A model generated the notes under the pieces. It had not been told where the DNA came from and searched no databases. It was given only the letters and a program-made list of their open reading frames with translations. The position numbers were made by a program, and so were the translations under genes. This document shows, one piece after another, positions 23,906-36,538 of a stretch of DNA of 64,000 nucleotides. This DNA comes from Fistulifera solaris (taxonomy: Eukaryota). The DNA lies in NCBI GenBank assembly GCA_030295235.1, contig AP026123.1, positions 2,108,001-2,172,000 of the forward strand. Direction: 5' to 3'. The first letter of the stretch is position 1; each line of letters opens with the position of its first letter.

Positions 23906-24348
23906 TTAGAAACTTCGATGTATCCAACAGAACTGAAAAACAAGGTCGCCTTTAATTAGATGAAATAAAGATGGGGGGTTCATGAAGTGAGTTTAAACCA
24001 TCTTTCATCACAACACGGAACATCATCTCAAAAAAATCCAAGTTCCGGACGATCTTGAAGGCAAAAGGTGCAACGTCAGCACCACTATAGCGAAAAATGT
24101 ACAAGACATCATTCGTGACCTCATCATGACATCATCGTGACAACAGGACATTGCTGCTAAGGAACAGCAAAGATTAGTTAGTTGTACCGGTACGGCTTAG
24201 CCGAGCCAGATTTTCCGTTATTCAGAAGAACACTACCAGGTATTTTTGTCCATTGCTTTTCATACACTATTCGTAGGCCAAGATATTTTTAAGACCAGTG
24301 TAGATCTGGTTGAAGCAATTTTATTTTCTACCAGCGACAGTCCTAACA

Positions 24349-25828
24349 TCACTTGAATTCAACCACTCCTGCTCTCTTCTTTCCGGCACGCAATGTGATT
24401 TCTTTTGAGTCTCCAAAATCCGCTAAAGTGAGCATTGCGCTTTCGTCTTCTAACTTCTTCGAATCACCAAGTCTTGCTCCTCCACCTTGAATCAATCTTC
24501 TTGCCTCTTTCTTGGTACTAGCCAATCCCAGATCTACAAAGATATCTGCAAGCCGCATGCCCTTTTCAAGATCAGTCGCTTTCACCACTACTCGCGGCAG
24601 ACTTTCTGTGGATTCACCCGACCCAGCAAACATAGTTTTAACTGTTTCATGAATGACAGGTAGACATTCTTTACCATGCAAAAGCGCTGTGGCTTCGTCT
24701 GCAAGGACAATCTTCGCCTTGTTTATATCAGCGCCTTGCAACTTTTCAAGCTCGGCAATCTGTTCCAAAGGCAGCTCCGTAAATAATTTGAGAAATTTAA
24801 CGACATCGTCATCAGCCGTATTCCTCCAAAATTGCCAATAGTCGTATTCCGAAAGCTTGGAAGAGTTGAGCCAGACGGCTCCGTTCGCAGTCTTTCCCAT
24901 CTTCTTTCCGTCTGATGTCGTCATCAATGGGGCTGTCAAGGCAAACAGCTGAGCACCTTCAATGCGACGTCCTAGCTCTGTACCAGACACCATGTTGCCC
25001 CACTGATCACTTCCGCCAAGTTGCAGTATAGTATTGTATCGTCGGTAGAGTTCCAAGAAATCGTACGCCTGTAGGATCATGTAGTTGAATTCCAGAAAAC
25101 TCAATGGGGCCTCTCGTGCAAGCCTTTGCTTTACTGATTCGAACGACAACATGCGATTTATTGTGAAATGCGTTCCGTAGTCCCGAAGAAATTGCAGATA
25201 CTTCAGCTCACTTAGCCAATCATCATTATTGACAGTCACCGCATCCGTCGGATTCGTGTCGCCGAACACAAGGAACTTTTGAAAGACGCTGCTGATTCCT
25301 TCAATGTTCTTTTGAATCGCCTCTTCGGTCAACATAGCTCGGGACTCGTCCTTCCCAGTAGGGTCACCTACTTTCGTTGTCCCTCCCCCGACGAGCACAA
25401 TGGGCTTGTGCCCGGATTTTTGCAAGTGCCGAAGAATCATAATTTGCAGCAACGATCCAACATGCAAGGAATCCGCGGTCGCATCGAATCCCAAATACGC
25501 GGCCTGCGTGCCTTCGCACAGCTTGGCGTCCAGTTCGGTGATTCCGGTACACTGATGAAGAAAGCCTCTATCGCGTAACGTCTGAAGGAAAGGAGACTTT
25601 ATTTTGGACAGAGCATCCGCCTCGCGTGCGTAAATAGAAGAACTCTCTTCATTATTATTCGAATTACTTCCCGAGTCTTTCGCCAGTTCGCTTTCAGTAA
25701 CCGCAGTGAAAAGACGATGGAAGGATGCTGATCGGCCCCCTTGCGATAATGGATGTGTAAGAGTGAGCCAGACGGAAATGAGCCAGCGCGCAAGTCAATG
25801 TGAGAAGCTGTGGCATGGCGAGCTTCAT
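24349..25828 (-). CDS. tyrS: Organellar (bacterial-type) tyrosyl-tRNA synthetase
   Basis: 'GFDATADSLHVGS' (HIGH), 'QLGGSDQWGN', 'KMGKT' (KMSKS) and a C-terminal S4 domain. N-terminal presequence from ATG 25828 joined through frameshifts near 25600-25740. Confidence 0.93.
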
Positions 25829-26270
25829 TTTACGCAAAAAGATCGTGCTGCTGCGGAGATGATTTAATAAGCGAGGTCAATTGTTTTTTGGTTATCTTTC
25901 GCTTTGATCAAGAAATAATAATGATGAAACGCGCTCGTCGATTGTAATGGGTTGATATTGGTGCGGTGATGTGTTGGCAGGAATGTGCGCGAACGCGATG
26001 AAGCACAAAAACGTTTTCATTCGTCATCCATGGGACAGCAGGACAGACAAGCCTTAAAACAAACCAATTAAGTGTCTTACCGGTAAGAAGCCTCCTTGCG
26101 TTGCGTGTCTCGTGCGACCGGTGTGAGCGTGATGAGATGCGACATGCGACGCGATGATAAACATGAGCGAGGCATTTTTGTTCCTTAAAGCAACAATTAT
26201 TTCTGCTCTATGACACATTGAATTGACAAAGGATGTTCATCTAGTCTAGGTAACACATTTCGGCCAGTAC

Positions 26271-27725
26271 ATGATCAAACCAGTGAAAAGTGACGACGAA
26301 GAAGTGCACGACGATGGACCGGCTTCTGCTCCTAGCGGGCACGATTACGCCTCCGTCAATGATCCTCATCGACACAGGCATTACAATTCGTATTTTCAAG
26401 CATCGGTGACGCTGAATATAGCATTGATTCTGTCCTCGATATTCATGTCCGTACTTATTCACAAGATGGCTAGAGAGAGCGCTTCTTCCGAACACAGCAA
26501 TGAATACTCATCATTTCCAGAGCTTCGTTGGAGGCCTCTTCCCGATGAAAAGGAAGTCATTCACCGTGTTGCGTTCGGTAGCTGCAGCTCGCAACGCATG
26601 CCGCAACCGTACTGGGATATTGTGACTGTCTTTGAACCGGATATTCTGCTTCTCATGGGGGATAATGTTTACGGAGATTGCGAACCTTTACCATCCAACA
26701 ATACACCCGTCGATCCCATTGCCGTGGAGAAGGCTTGTGCACCACTGGAACAGGCTTACCGAGACATGGCCAACCATCCTTCCGTGCAAGGCGCTGCTGG
26801 CCGTATCCCTGTATTTGCGACGTTAGACGACCACGACTACGGTATCAGTGATGCGAATACGTTCAATCCTTACAAGGATGTGGCCCGGGAACTCTTTCGT
26901 GATTTTTTCAATATTAATGATTTACCCATTGACGGCGTATATCGTTCGAAGACCTGGGGACCCACAGGACAAAGACTTCAAGTAATCCTGCTCGATACGC
27001 GGTACTCTCGCAGTCCATTTCGTACAACCGGAGACCCCACCATGCCTTTCGAGCCGCATCAAGATGAATCGTCTACAAACGCGAACGACACTTTGTCGGA
27101 ATCGAAACGAATGCTGTCTGATGAGCAGTGGACATGGCTGGAAGCACGCCTTTCCGAACCGGCTGATTTAAGAGTTATAGTGAGCTCTATACAAGTTCTC
27201 AATTCGGTAACCCCCTTTGAGTGCTGGCGTCACATTCCTGCAGAACAAACGCGTTTTATCAACCTTATTCGAAGCAAAAGTGCGCTTTTACTTTCAGGTG
27301 ATCGTAAGTAGTATCCGCTTTGTTATTTTGACAATCTTGTGCTTTTGTCTCCAGGGCACTAATCATTGCATAACGTTGACTTGACAGGCCATGTTGGCGG
27401 CTTCTACTGGAATGAAGATGGAACCATCATTCAAGAAGTGACAGCATCATCTTGGACGCACACCATTCCCTATGGTGCTTTTGACAATTGTTCCTCGGCA
27501 AGTGAATGCGATGAAAATGACCCGATGCGAGACGGAGACTTTGTGAGGGACAACCATTTTGGCAGTTTAGAAATTGATTGGGAGAACCACACGGCTGTCG
27601 TTGCCCTTCGCCGTGCACAGAGCTCTTACGGAACTCCATACTTTCATGTATTAAGTCCGGTTCGCTTGAAGAAAAGCGATGCTGGTGATATCATAGACGA
27701 AAGAACGATAACTTTTCCATTTTAG
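26271..27725 (+). CDS. phoD: PhoD-family alkaline phosphatase with N-terminal transmembrane anchor
   Basis: 'AFGSC', 'MGDNVYGD', 'DDHDYG', 'LLDTRY'. Removing intron 27304-27387 restores 'LSGDRH'. Confidence 0.92.
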
Positions 27726-27781
27726 TTTTGATTATTACATTAAAGAGCTATAGATTTCCTAGCTGCCTCACGGCTCGTTAT

Positions 27782-30215
27782 TCAGACTTTTGATTCGCCC
27801 ACGGTCGGCTTTTGATCCATAGATGAGGTTTTTGTTTCTGCGTCCTTTTCTTGTAGACAAGCCTCCAACCCGGCAAGCTGGGACTCCAAGAATCTCGCGT
27901 GATCATCGAGCCGTTCGCGCATTCGGATGAGATGCTCGACTTTTCCCCGCTTGCAGTAGTCGAGCAAAATATCAATATACTTTTGCGGAATGACATCAAC
28001 GCCAAACCGCCGTGATATTTGCATGCACTCTCGAGCTCCGGGTTTTCGACGAGGTACTTTGCCTTCGACTGTCATGACGACGCTCGTCTGTTCGGTCGGA
28101 TTCGAGGCATCTATGCTTAACCCTGAAGCAAAGGGTTGACCAGATCTATTAGTGTCGAGTGCCTTGCTTGACGTGGCTGCTAGATCGTCGCGCAGACCAA
28201 TGCGTGAGCTACTTTGCGGGCTACTTTTTGTGCTCTGAAGTCCTGAGTCGTCGATACGGGCAACCACGACGGCCTCAGGAGTATTTGTGGTTCCAGCTCC
28301 GTCCGCTGACATGCCACCCGAGAATGTCGGTTGCAAAGACAAAGAGCCTCCAGTCGACACCGACCCAGAACTGTCCTGTTGAAGCGTGGCGTAACCTTGA
28401 TAGGTCGTCGGTTCGGTGACTGGTCTTCCTACGCGTAGATGTTGTTCACCTGAACTCAATTCGTCATGGAAAGGACTTCGTTTTAAAGTCCTTCCGCTCC
28501 TGCTCATTGTAACTGATACAGCTCCAGAGACTTCGTCATGAATCTCTTGCTTTCGTCGTAACGTACTGTCGCTAGAGTGTGATGAAGATTTAGCAAAGTT
28601 GTCTGCGTCTCGGGAAGAACTTGACTTGCGACCTCTCGACGACCCATCTTTCAGAGCTTTTCGTTGAGACCCAACGGCTTTATTCGCCGCTGGAGGCCGC
28701 CCCCGCTTTCGAGGCTGCTCCGGTGTTGATGCCTTCGGAGTCTTGCTACGACCCCGGCCTGCCCCCGGTGACAGAAATCTTCCGGATGGATCTCTTGGCT
28801 GATCTTGATGATTCGCTCTATGCTCTGTTCCCTTGGCTTTCTGGCGAGAAGGACTGGTCGAGTGCTCACCAGCTCGACTGGATCCCTGAGACTTCCACTT
28901 GCCCCGTGTTTCCACTCTTGATGAAGTTCTACCAATACGTTTTTCTTCGGATTGTGCGCAATTGGGACAGAACCACTTCTTCTTAGGAACTGCTTTAAGC
29001 GGCGGATCAAGGCAGAACGTGTGATATTCGTCGTCGCACCGATCGCACAACAAAAGCTTCGTTTGATGGTGTTTTCCAAAACAAACGCGACAAGCGCAGA
29101 AACAACATACTTTGATGTACGGATCATCGCCACAAAAGTTGCACCAAACGTCATCCTGATTGTGATCGCGGTGGGTGGGAGTTCTACTCTCTGCATTTCC
29201 GTTAGTACTTGCAGAGTCGTCATCGGAAGTGTCCGACTCCGAATCGACAGTTTTCTTTGCACGAACGTCGTCCGATTCCCATTTGCTCGCAGGACACAGT
29301 TGCGGATCATACAATGTCGGTTGCTTTCGTGCCCGCTTTGCACGTCCTTGCGAATCGTCGGTGTCAGCAGACAATGCAGTCGGAGTCTTCTCAGGTGTTT
29401 CTTTGTTCGTAGGGGTGCTAGATTCTTCCTTGCTATGAATACGTTTCTTTGAAAGTGTATCATTATTTTCCATCGTGTTTTGAATAGCAACGCCATTTTC
29501 ATCACTTTGGGGCTCAGCTACAGGCGCGCTTTCTTGCAGAATCGACTTTGCATCGGGTTTTGGTTCGTTCCCTCTTCGCTTCTCTGTCTCCTTGACGCGC
29601 CTACACCTATTACGAAGTCTAGCCATCATTCGCACTGCTGCAGCCGCTTGACGACGTGTTTTCGAATTCTTCGGCTCCGTTGACAGAACACAGTACGAGC
29701 ATCTCCATGCCTTATCTTCTGGCGGGGTCGTCATGGTCGGTCGGACACACGTTTTATGAAAGTGCAAGTTGCATTCGCTGCAAGTGACGAACTCCCCTGG
29801 CTCATCGCATACACTACAGAGATGCTCATTTCGTGCATCACTTTTCTTCGCCAATGACGTGATTTCGCAAGATTGCAAAGACAGATCTTCCGTATCCTCT
29901 TCCTCTTCTTCCTCGTCGTCCTCGGATTCGTCTTTGTTGCGGATCGTCTCCTCATCCGCACGTTGGGCGTCGAGCTTCTCGAGGAGATACTCGTAAAACG
30001 CAATGGCGTGTTCGGTGTTCGTCTTGCGACCCGGACCGGCTTTCGGAGTGAACGGATTCCGGCGCTTGGCACGCACCAACGACGCGCGGATGCTGGCGAT
30101 CTTCTTCTCGCGTGAGGAGCCGAGGTGTCCCAAGACATCTTCGGCGTGATCGTCCCACGCATCCGGACGGGGTGCCTGACACAAAAAAGCGTTTGCTGGG
30201 TGTTCCGGAAGACAT
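27782..30215 (-). CDS. Chromatin protein with two PHD fingers and an AT-hook-like RGRP
   Basis: PHD 'CSVC...CSEC..HFHKTC...WRCSYC' and 'CRVC...LLLCDRCDDEYHTFCL...WFCPNC'; 'KRGRPP'. Likely ATG 30215 after a 5'UTR intron (donor 30299) and a T-run frameshift about 30185. Confidence 0.8.
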
Positions 30216-30596
30216 GTCTTTGAATGAAAGAAACAGATAAGGGTTGGTCTTTTCGTACGAGCCCGTCGAAGGAACGAAGTCAATACTTTGTAAACTTACC
30301 AGGTACGGAGGAAATAAGCCTGCAAACAAGGACCAAGGTTCCTTTTCTGGAGTAGTTATACTGTCCCGATGTAGCGCTTGTACTGTTGAAGCCGTACAAA
30401 GATGTGTTCCAGTAAGAGCGCTCGTCAATGTCTCTGTCCGTAAACCGTAAACGTATGATGTGTCTAAAAAGATCCTGAACTCTATTGCCGTCGGCACAAC
30501 TTTCTGAACGCGGAGCATTTTTTGTGAACAACGACAACAGAACACCCCAAAGAACAACACGGACACGAAACTATGCTGCACTTGTTTCTTCAGTGA

Positions 30597-30719
30597 ACGA
30601 CGTCATGATTGGCGGGACCTGTCGCTCGTGTCATCACCATGATTGCTTCAAACAAGGCAGACCGCGGCCTTGCGGCGGCCATTCACTCTGAAAAGATTAC
30701 GGCGGCGACGCGCATTGCT
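30597..30719 (+). promoter_or_regulatory. Conserved upstream module of LRR-like family, copy 1
   Basis: ACGACGTCATgatTGGCGGGACCT (30597-30620) and GCGCATTGCT (30710-30719), shared with copies 2 and 3. Confidence 0.7.
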
Positions 30720-30797
30720 TTCCTTTTCGTCGTGTTGCTCGAAAGCAAGTTCCTTTCCGTTCATCTCATTCATTGCTGAAAGATTTCGATCACAACA

Positions 30798-32579
30798 ATG
30801 AATCACACAAACGAGGCTTACGATCTCTTGAAACCCATTCCAAAGAAAGAATTCACGCTCCGACAGAAGAAACTGTTGGGCTCGGATGAGGAGTTGGAAT
30901 TTTTTGATCTATACGAATTGCGGCGCGAACCCACTCGCCTTGACGAGTTTGACTGGGACACGTACAGATACACTGCTATATGGCGGGAGAATGAAACTGT
31001 CATTCTTTGCACCGACAACATGGAAGATTTTGATTTGTATATGCATTGTTGGACAAGGTTTTTATTTTTTACGATTCAAGACGATTGTGAAAAGATGTGT
31101 TTTGTGATCGACGGGAAAACAGATGCTGCAGTTGCGGAAACGATCACGTTCTTTTGGTCGTTGAAGCAGGAAAGTAACGTCAATGCGTCGCTTCGTGTCC
31201 ATAACCATGAATATGGCAGTGAATGCATTGCGAGCTGCTTCGATTTTGCTACATTACAACCTGAGCAGCTCTCTCATATATTGGACTCCAATCCGGCACG
31301 TGAGATAATTTTGTACTGCGGGAAGTGGACTGTCGAGCAAGCGGTCATACTCGCATCAAGACCTTATCCCTTGCAACTGACTCTCGGAGCGGATCCGTCT
31401 CTCAGTCGTGACCTCTACTATCTCCATGGCTTTTCATTTATGGACGGTGGCACCGAGTTTCTCAGTGTGCTGGAGAAGCGAGAATCGTTCTTTGGCTCCA
31501 TTAGCCTTTTCTATGGCAATGGTCAGAGTAGCCTTGACCACGAGTATGGTACTGGTGATGATCATGTGGTACCTCTTGATTACATCAATCGAGAACGCCT
31601 GTTGAAACTCGACTTAGTTGACGTCGGTGGGCTTCATAACAGTAACCTGACCGAAGAATCTCTCTCTGTTTTCTTTTCTGCCGATGTGAATGCGTTGCAC
31701 TGCATATTAAAGGCGGCAGACTTTGGGCCAGAAGACTTTGAAGCGCTCAACATTGCGTCTAGCGATCTAAGTCTGACAATCTTGTTGCGTCCAGGTAACA
31801 AGTGGGATACGCTTCTGATATCGTTCCTCAATCGATTGGCTCAGTTAGGCCATTTTGAACGATTGACTTTGTCACTTCAGTACGAATATTGGTCCAATCC
31901 GCCTCGACGCGAACCGTCGGATGATGAAAGTTCTGTTGTAGAAGCGTTGATCGGTGCCATTCAGGCCAATCCCAAATTGTCGCATCTGGATTTGGGCGAC
32001 ACATGCGAAAACATACGTTGGAACGTCCACTGCAACACTATTTTTGGGGCCTTGGAGAAGCATGGGGGCATGCGTACGTTTGTCGTTCCAAAGTACAAAT
32101 TTGATTATGAAACACGCATGTATCGTGTCGAGTTTGACTTCTCTTCGTTGGAGCAGCTGCTTTCGCGAAACCGCTACATTGAGGTTTATGAACCTTCTGG
32201 AAAACGGTCTGGAAAACTATTTTCCAATGGACCTACTATCGATAATCTTTATGCGCTGAACCGGTTTTATCGTGGATCGACGCGCCTGGTGGAAGAGTCT
32301 GCATCCTTTCGACCACTGCTGGTCTCCTTGACGCTTGCGAACAATGCTTCGAATATGTTTCAGCGCATTGCACTGTTGCTTGCACACCATACGGACGTGC
32401 TGTGTGAATGGATTCAGGAAATGGATCTAGACACTGCTGATGCTGCCGGATCGGGCACGATGGAGAATGGGCCTACGCTCGCCTCTGTTCCTGCGCCATT
32501 GAATCAGATTCATCCGAAGCGCAAGTCTCGCGCGCGAGCTTCGGGAGCTGCCAAGAAACCGGCTCGTGATCCAAAATGA
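30798..32579 (+). CDS. Lineage-expanded RNI/LRR-like hypothetical protein, copy 1
   Basis: Intronless 593-aa ORF, clearly paralogous to 34154-35814 and 61953-63564 ('FDFATLQPEQL', 'LASRPYP', 'IDNLYALNRFYRGS'). Confidence 0.85.
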   Translation: MNHTNEAYDLLKPIPKKEFTLRQKKLLGSDEELEFFDLYELRREPTRLDEFDWDTYRYTAIWRENETVILCTDNMEDFDLYMHCWTRFLFFTIQDDCEKMCFVIDGKTDAAVAETITFFWSLKQESNVNASLRVHNHEYGSECIASCFDFATLQPEQLSHILDSNPAREIILYCGKWTVEQAVILASRPYPLQLTLGADPSLSRDLYYLHGFSFMDGGTEFLSVLEKRESFFGSISLFYGNGQSSLDHEYGTGDDHVVPLDYINRERLLKLDLVDVGGLHNSNLTEESLSVFFSADVNALHCILKAADFGPEDFEALNIASSDLSLTILLRPGNKWDTLLISFLNRLAQLGHFERLTLSLQYEYWSNPPRREPSDDESSVVEALIGAIQANPKLSHLDLGDTCENIRWNVHCNTIFGALEKHGGMRTFVVPKYKFDYETRMYRVEFDFSSLEQLLSRNRYIEVYEPSGKRSGKLFSNGPTIDNLYALNRFYRGSTRLVEESASFRPLLVSLTLANNASNMFQRIALLLAHHTDVLCEWIQEMDLDTADAAGSGTMENGPTLASVPAPLNQIHPKRKSRARASGAAKKPARDPK

Positions 32580-33957
32580 GACATCAGTGTTCCTACAAAC
32601 TGGTTTTACATAGCATACCCATTACTTAGGACTACTTTCAGATCACATCTAATGCTACTAACATCTAACATATACTTATCGGCATCGCTCATCACAGTCG
32701 CGCCGTATTGGAATGAATCTAAAGTACGAATGGCGGCTAAACTCGATTAGAACTTTGTGGGTTGTTCCCAAAACTGCGATTCTTGGAAAGGATATTCACC
32801 AATGAACTGCCATCGCAGGCTACCAGCCCTTTCAATACAATGTTTCCGTGCATTTCACCTTACGGATCGTCTGGTTGGATACTCCGTTTGATGTTTGTTA
32901 CTTTCACAATTCAAAAAGTCTCTTTTGACTAGCTGTGTTGGTCGACAACAAGGTACGCGCATAAACTTGTCTCCCGCCGTGAGAATTAGTTTTGAATCGC
33001 CAAAGTCGTGCGATTTGTGGATTGAATCGAAATAAAACCAATAAAACAACCATCGCATCGACAAAAGATAAAATCAAATGAGATCAAAATCAACGTCGTT
33101 CGAGACGAGGCGGAACCAAATATTGTCGCGCATGCGCTGTTATGGCTGTCGTCTCCGGTTATAGACGTAAACAGAGAAACGTGCGACTCTCTCTCAGGGG
33201 GCTGTCATTCGATCTCATGTCGACTCACGGACATCAATAAACTCGAGACAGTCGCATTTATCATAAGCTACAGTACTCATGCCTGAGTTTTAAACTGTAA
33301 CAGATTTCTCGCCTGTCGTCCATTTTTGACGTTTTCTACGATAAGCGATGATGTAAATGGCCGTTGTGGCGTTCGACGCTGCTGGTATAGTCATCGAATC
33401 ATCTCAATCCTGAATAGACCATGTAGCTTCGCAAGTTGTCGATTAAAGTATTAAAAAAGTTCGAGAAGAATCGTCCAGTGAATGATTTCGGCAAAGAGAG
33501 ATGACAGATCACATCATTACGTGCTTCGATTGGATTTCCTGCTAACGACGTTACTCGTTTCTCTCACAACCGCCCGCAAATCCGTCGACAGGCATCAAGG
33601 AACGAGAGCAAATGACAAGTAGTTGCTGCTGTAACTGGTATTTGTGTTGGCACAGTAAGCATTTCTCCGGAGTAACAATCAGTTGCAACGACCTCATTCT
33701 TTATCTTTCATGATGCCGGCGACGCGGTGCGAGGTGCGAGATCGTCTTGATGCGATGGCGATCGCGATGAGACACTGATGTCAGTGACCTCAATCTTGAA
33801 GGGACTCAATGTTCTGGCTAAACCGTAACCTTACTGTTACTTGTAAACGCAAAAATCATCGCATGCAGCGCATTACCAGGTAACCAAGAAGCAACAATAA
33901 ACGCAACACCGCAAAGAACAATAAAGAACTTCAACAAGAAAGCATGCGACTCACTCT

Positions 33958-34089
33958 ACGACGTCATCCCTTGCGGGATCTCCCGCCTTGCTTCACTTGA
34001 GAGAGTGCGGTCTCAACGGTGCGGCAGCCTTTATCAGCGGTCTTATTTCTTTCGTTTGTGATCGTTTTCGCTCTGCGGCGCGCATTGCT
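33958..34089 (+). promoter_or_regulatory. Conserved upstream module of LRR-like family, copy 2
   Basis: ACGACGTCATcccTTGCGGGATCT (33958-33981) and GCGCATTGCT (34080-34089). Confidence 0.65.
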
Positions 34090-34153
34090 TCGCCTTGACA
34101 AAGAATAGTAGACTACATTTACGTTGTATCCATCTCTTTCGAACGATCTAAAG

Positions 34154-35814
34154 ATGGAGCGAGCAAAGCGGTACAGCGGCCTCTTGCAACACGTCCCAAC
34201 GGAAGAGCTTACGGACCGACAGAAAGCATTCTTCCCGTACGAGTTCTGGAAATACACACCCGTGTACAAAGTGCTGCGCGAACCAAGCAGCTTCGATGAG
34301 GTGTACTGGAAAAATCATCACATTTGCGCTATTTGGCGGGAGAACGGAACCTTTATTGTTCATTACGACGATGACCAGATGTACCCTATCTTTTGGAATT
34401 TAGAACACAATCTTTTCTTCACCAACGAGGCGGATTTCATTATTCTAGGGGAAACAGAAGCTGCTATTGCGGAGACGGCCACGCTCTTTTGGTCTTTAAA
34501 GCAGGAAATTGATGCGGATACGGTCCTTCTCATCGAAGGCTGTCACAGTCATAATGACTACGCATACGTCCACAGAAGCAAGTTCGACTTTGCTACCCTC
34601 CAACCTGTTCAGCTAGCTCAGATTTTGAACTCGAATCCGACGCGAGCCATTGATATTCAAGAGGGAAAATGGACTGTGGAGCAGTCCGTCGTTCTCGCAT
34701 CGAGACCTTACCCCTTAAAATTGACGCTCGGGAAAGCCTTTGCCTTTAAGGATGGCGGGATAAAGTTTGTGGATGTACTGCAGACACGAAACTCTTCATT
34801 TGGATCCTTTTGTGTTGACTTCGAAGACCAGGGATCGCCTCTTGATAACTACAATCTGAAGCGCCTCTTGAAGCTTGATGTCTTTGAAACGCTGGATATT
34901 CGATGCCCCTACAAAGAATGTGTCCTGCCGATGTTTTCTGCCAAGGCGAAGACGTTGCGGTGCACGGTGGACCCCGATGACGCTGAGCTTGAAGATTTCA
35001 AAGTGCTCAACGTCGTGACTAGCGACGTCGGCTTGAAAGTCGTTTTACGCGGGGATGACAGTCAGTGGGATGAAGTGTTGGTCTCGTTCCTCAATCGAGT
35101 GGCTGAGTTGGGTCATCTTGAACGATCTCAATCGACAATGATTCGGGAGAATATCAAGCTTCTTCGAATCTACAACATGTCGCGGAGGCATTGATCTGCG
35201 CTATTCAAGCCAATAAGAATTTGTTCTACTTGAACATAAGTGACACATGCCACGACTTTGATTGGTCCGTCCATTACAAGGCTATCTTAGGCTCCATGGA
35301 AGAACACAAGGGGCTGCGTACTTTCGTCATGCAAAATTCCGAATATTATGATGATGAAACACGAATGTTCCGTGTGAATTTCGACTTTCCTTTGTTGGAG
35401 CAGCTGCTTTCGCGAAACCGATACATCGAGCTACTTGACCGTTCGGGAAAGAGGTTGTCGAACGGACTTACTATCGACAACCTCTATGCGTTGAACCGGT
35501 TTTATCGTGGATCGACAAGCTTGGTGAAGAAGGCTGCATCGGTTCGACCGTTATTGGTATCTTCGGCGCTACTGAACAGCGCGTCGAATCAGTTCCAGAA
35601 CACCGCGTTGTTGCTCTCAGCCCACATTGACGTTTTGTGCGAATGGGTTCAGGAAATGGATCTAGACACTGCTGATGCTGCCGGATCTGGCACGATGGAG
35701 AATGTATCTACGCTCGCCTCTGTTCCTGCGCCATTGAATCAGACTCATCCGAAGCGCAAGTCTCATGCGCGAGCTTCGACCATTGCCAAGAAACCGGCTC
35801 GTGATCAAAAATGA
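34154..35814 (+). CDS. Lineage-expanded RNI/LRR-like hypothetical protein, copy 2 (frameshift about 35125-35190)
   Basis: ORFs 34124-35194 and 35191-35814 align end to end with copy 1. First ATG at 34154. Confidence 0.8.
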
Positions 35815-36538
35815 GATATCGGCTAGACTCTTTTACAAAGTCTTACTTACATAGCATACACATTATAGTTTGAGTTGTCGTCTACATTTAATAAATCTTT
35901 TTCGTTGGCGTCCAGATACTAACGTAAGCTGATCAACATCTATCATCAAAGTCTAGTGGTTTACAAAAGTGGAGTAGGCTGCTCGTAATGACGACTGCTG
36001 GTCACGGAATTCCAACCGCTGCCCAAGCGACTAGCGCTTTGTAAAATGTATCCATGGAGGAGTGTGATGGGATGCATACTCTTGTTGTGCGACATTGCGC
36101 ATCACGTTTGCAGTTTCGTGTCCCTGACTAGAGCAGCCGTTGCATTGAAGTACTTGACCGAGCGCGTTTGATAGAGGTGATTGAGTCTGCATTTTTGGCT
36201 ATTGCTGGTGTCAACCGGTGCTAAGAACAGTACGTCGGTTATGTTCATCAGCGCGCACTGCTGTATTGCTTGCAAATCCACACGGATGCTGTGTGCAAGT
36301 TGAATTTAGAGGCTTGATGTAGATCCAGTTGGTGCAGCTTTCTGTTACTGAAGATCAAGCGTAAGATGGAAGCTATTGTCAAACCACAGCAAGGAATGCG
36401 ACGATTTGAGATGAGTGAAACGACCCGGTTCCCAATTGAATCCACTACATTACTCAATAACAACAACATGAAAAAGCATAGCCAGAAATTCGAAGAAAAC
36501 TGATGCTAAATAGCTTACATCATCATGAGTGGCTCCTT

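Noticed and set aside
32600..33900. 1.3-kb spacer with a 69-aa minus-strand ORF
   Set aside because: No motif or homology evidence, and no TIRs seen.
35900..36480. Possible decayed gene between LRR-like copy 2 and Nup96
   Set aside because: Only short ORFs with no recognisable family.
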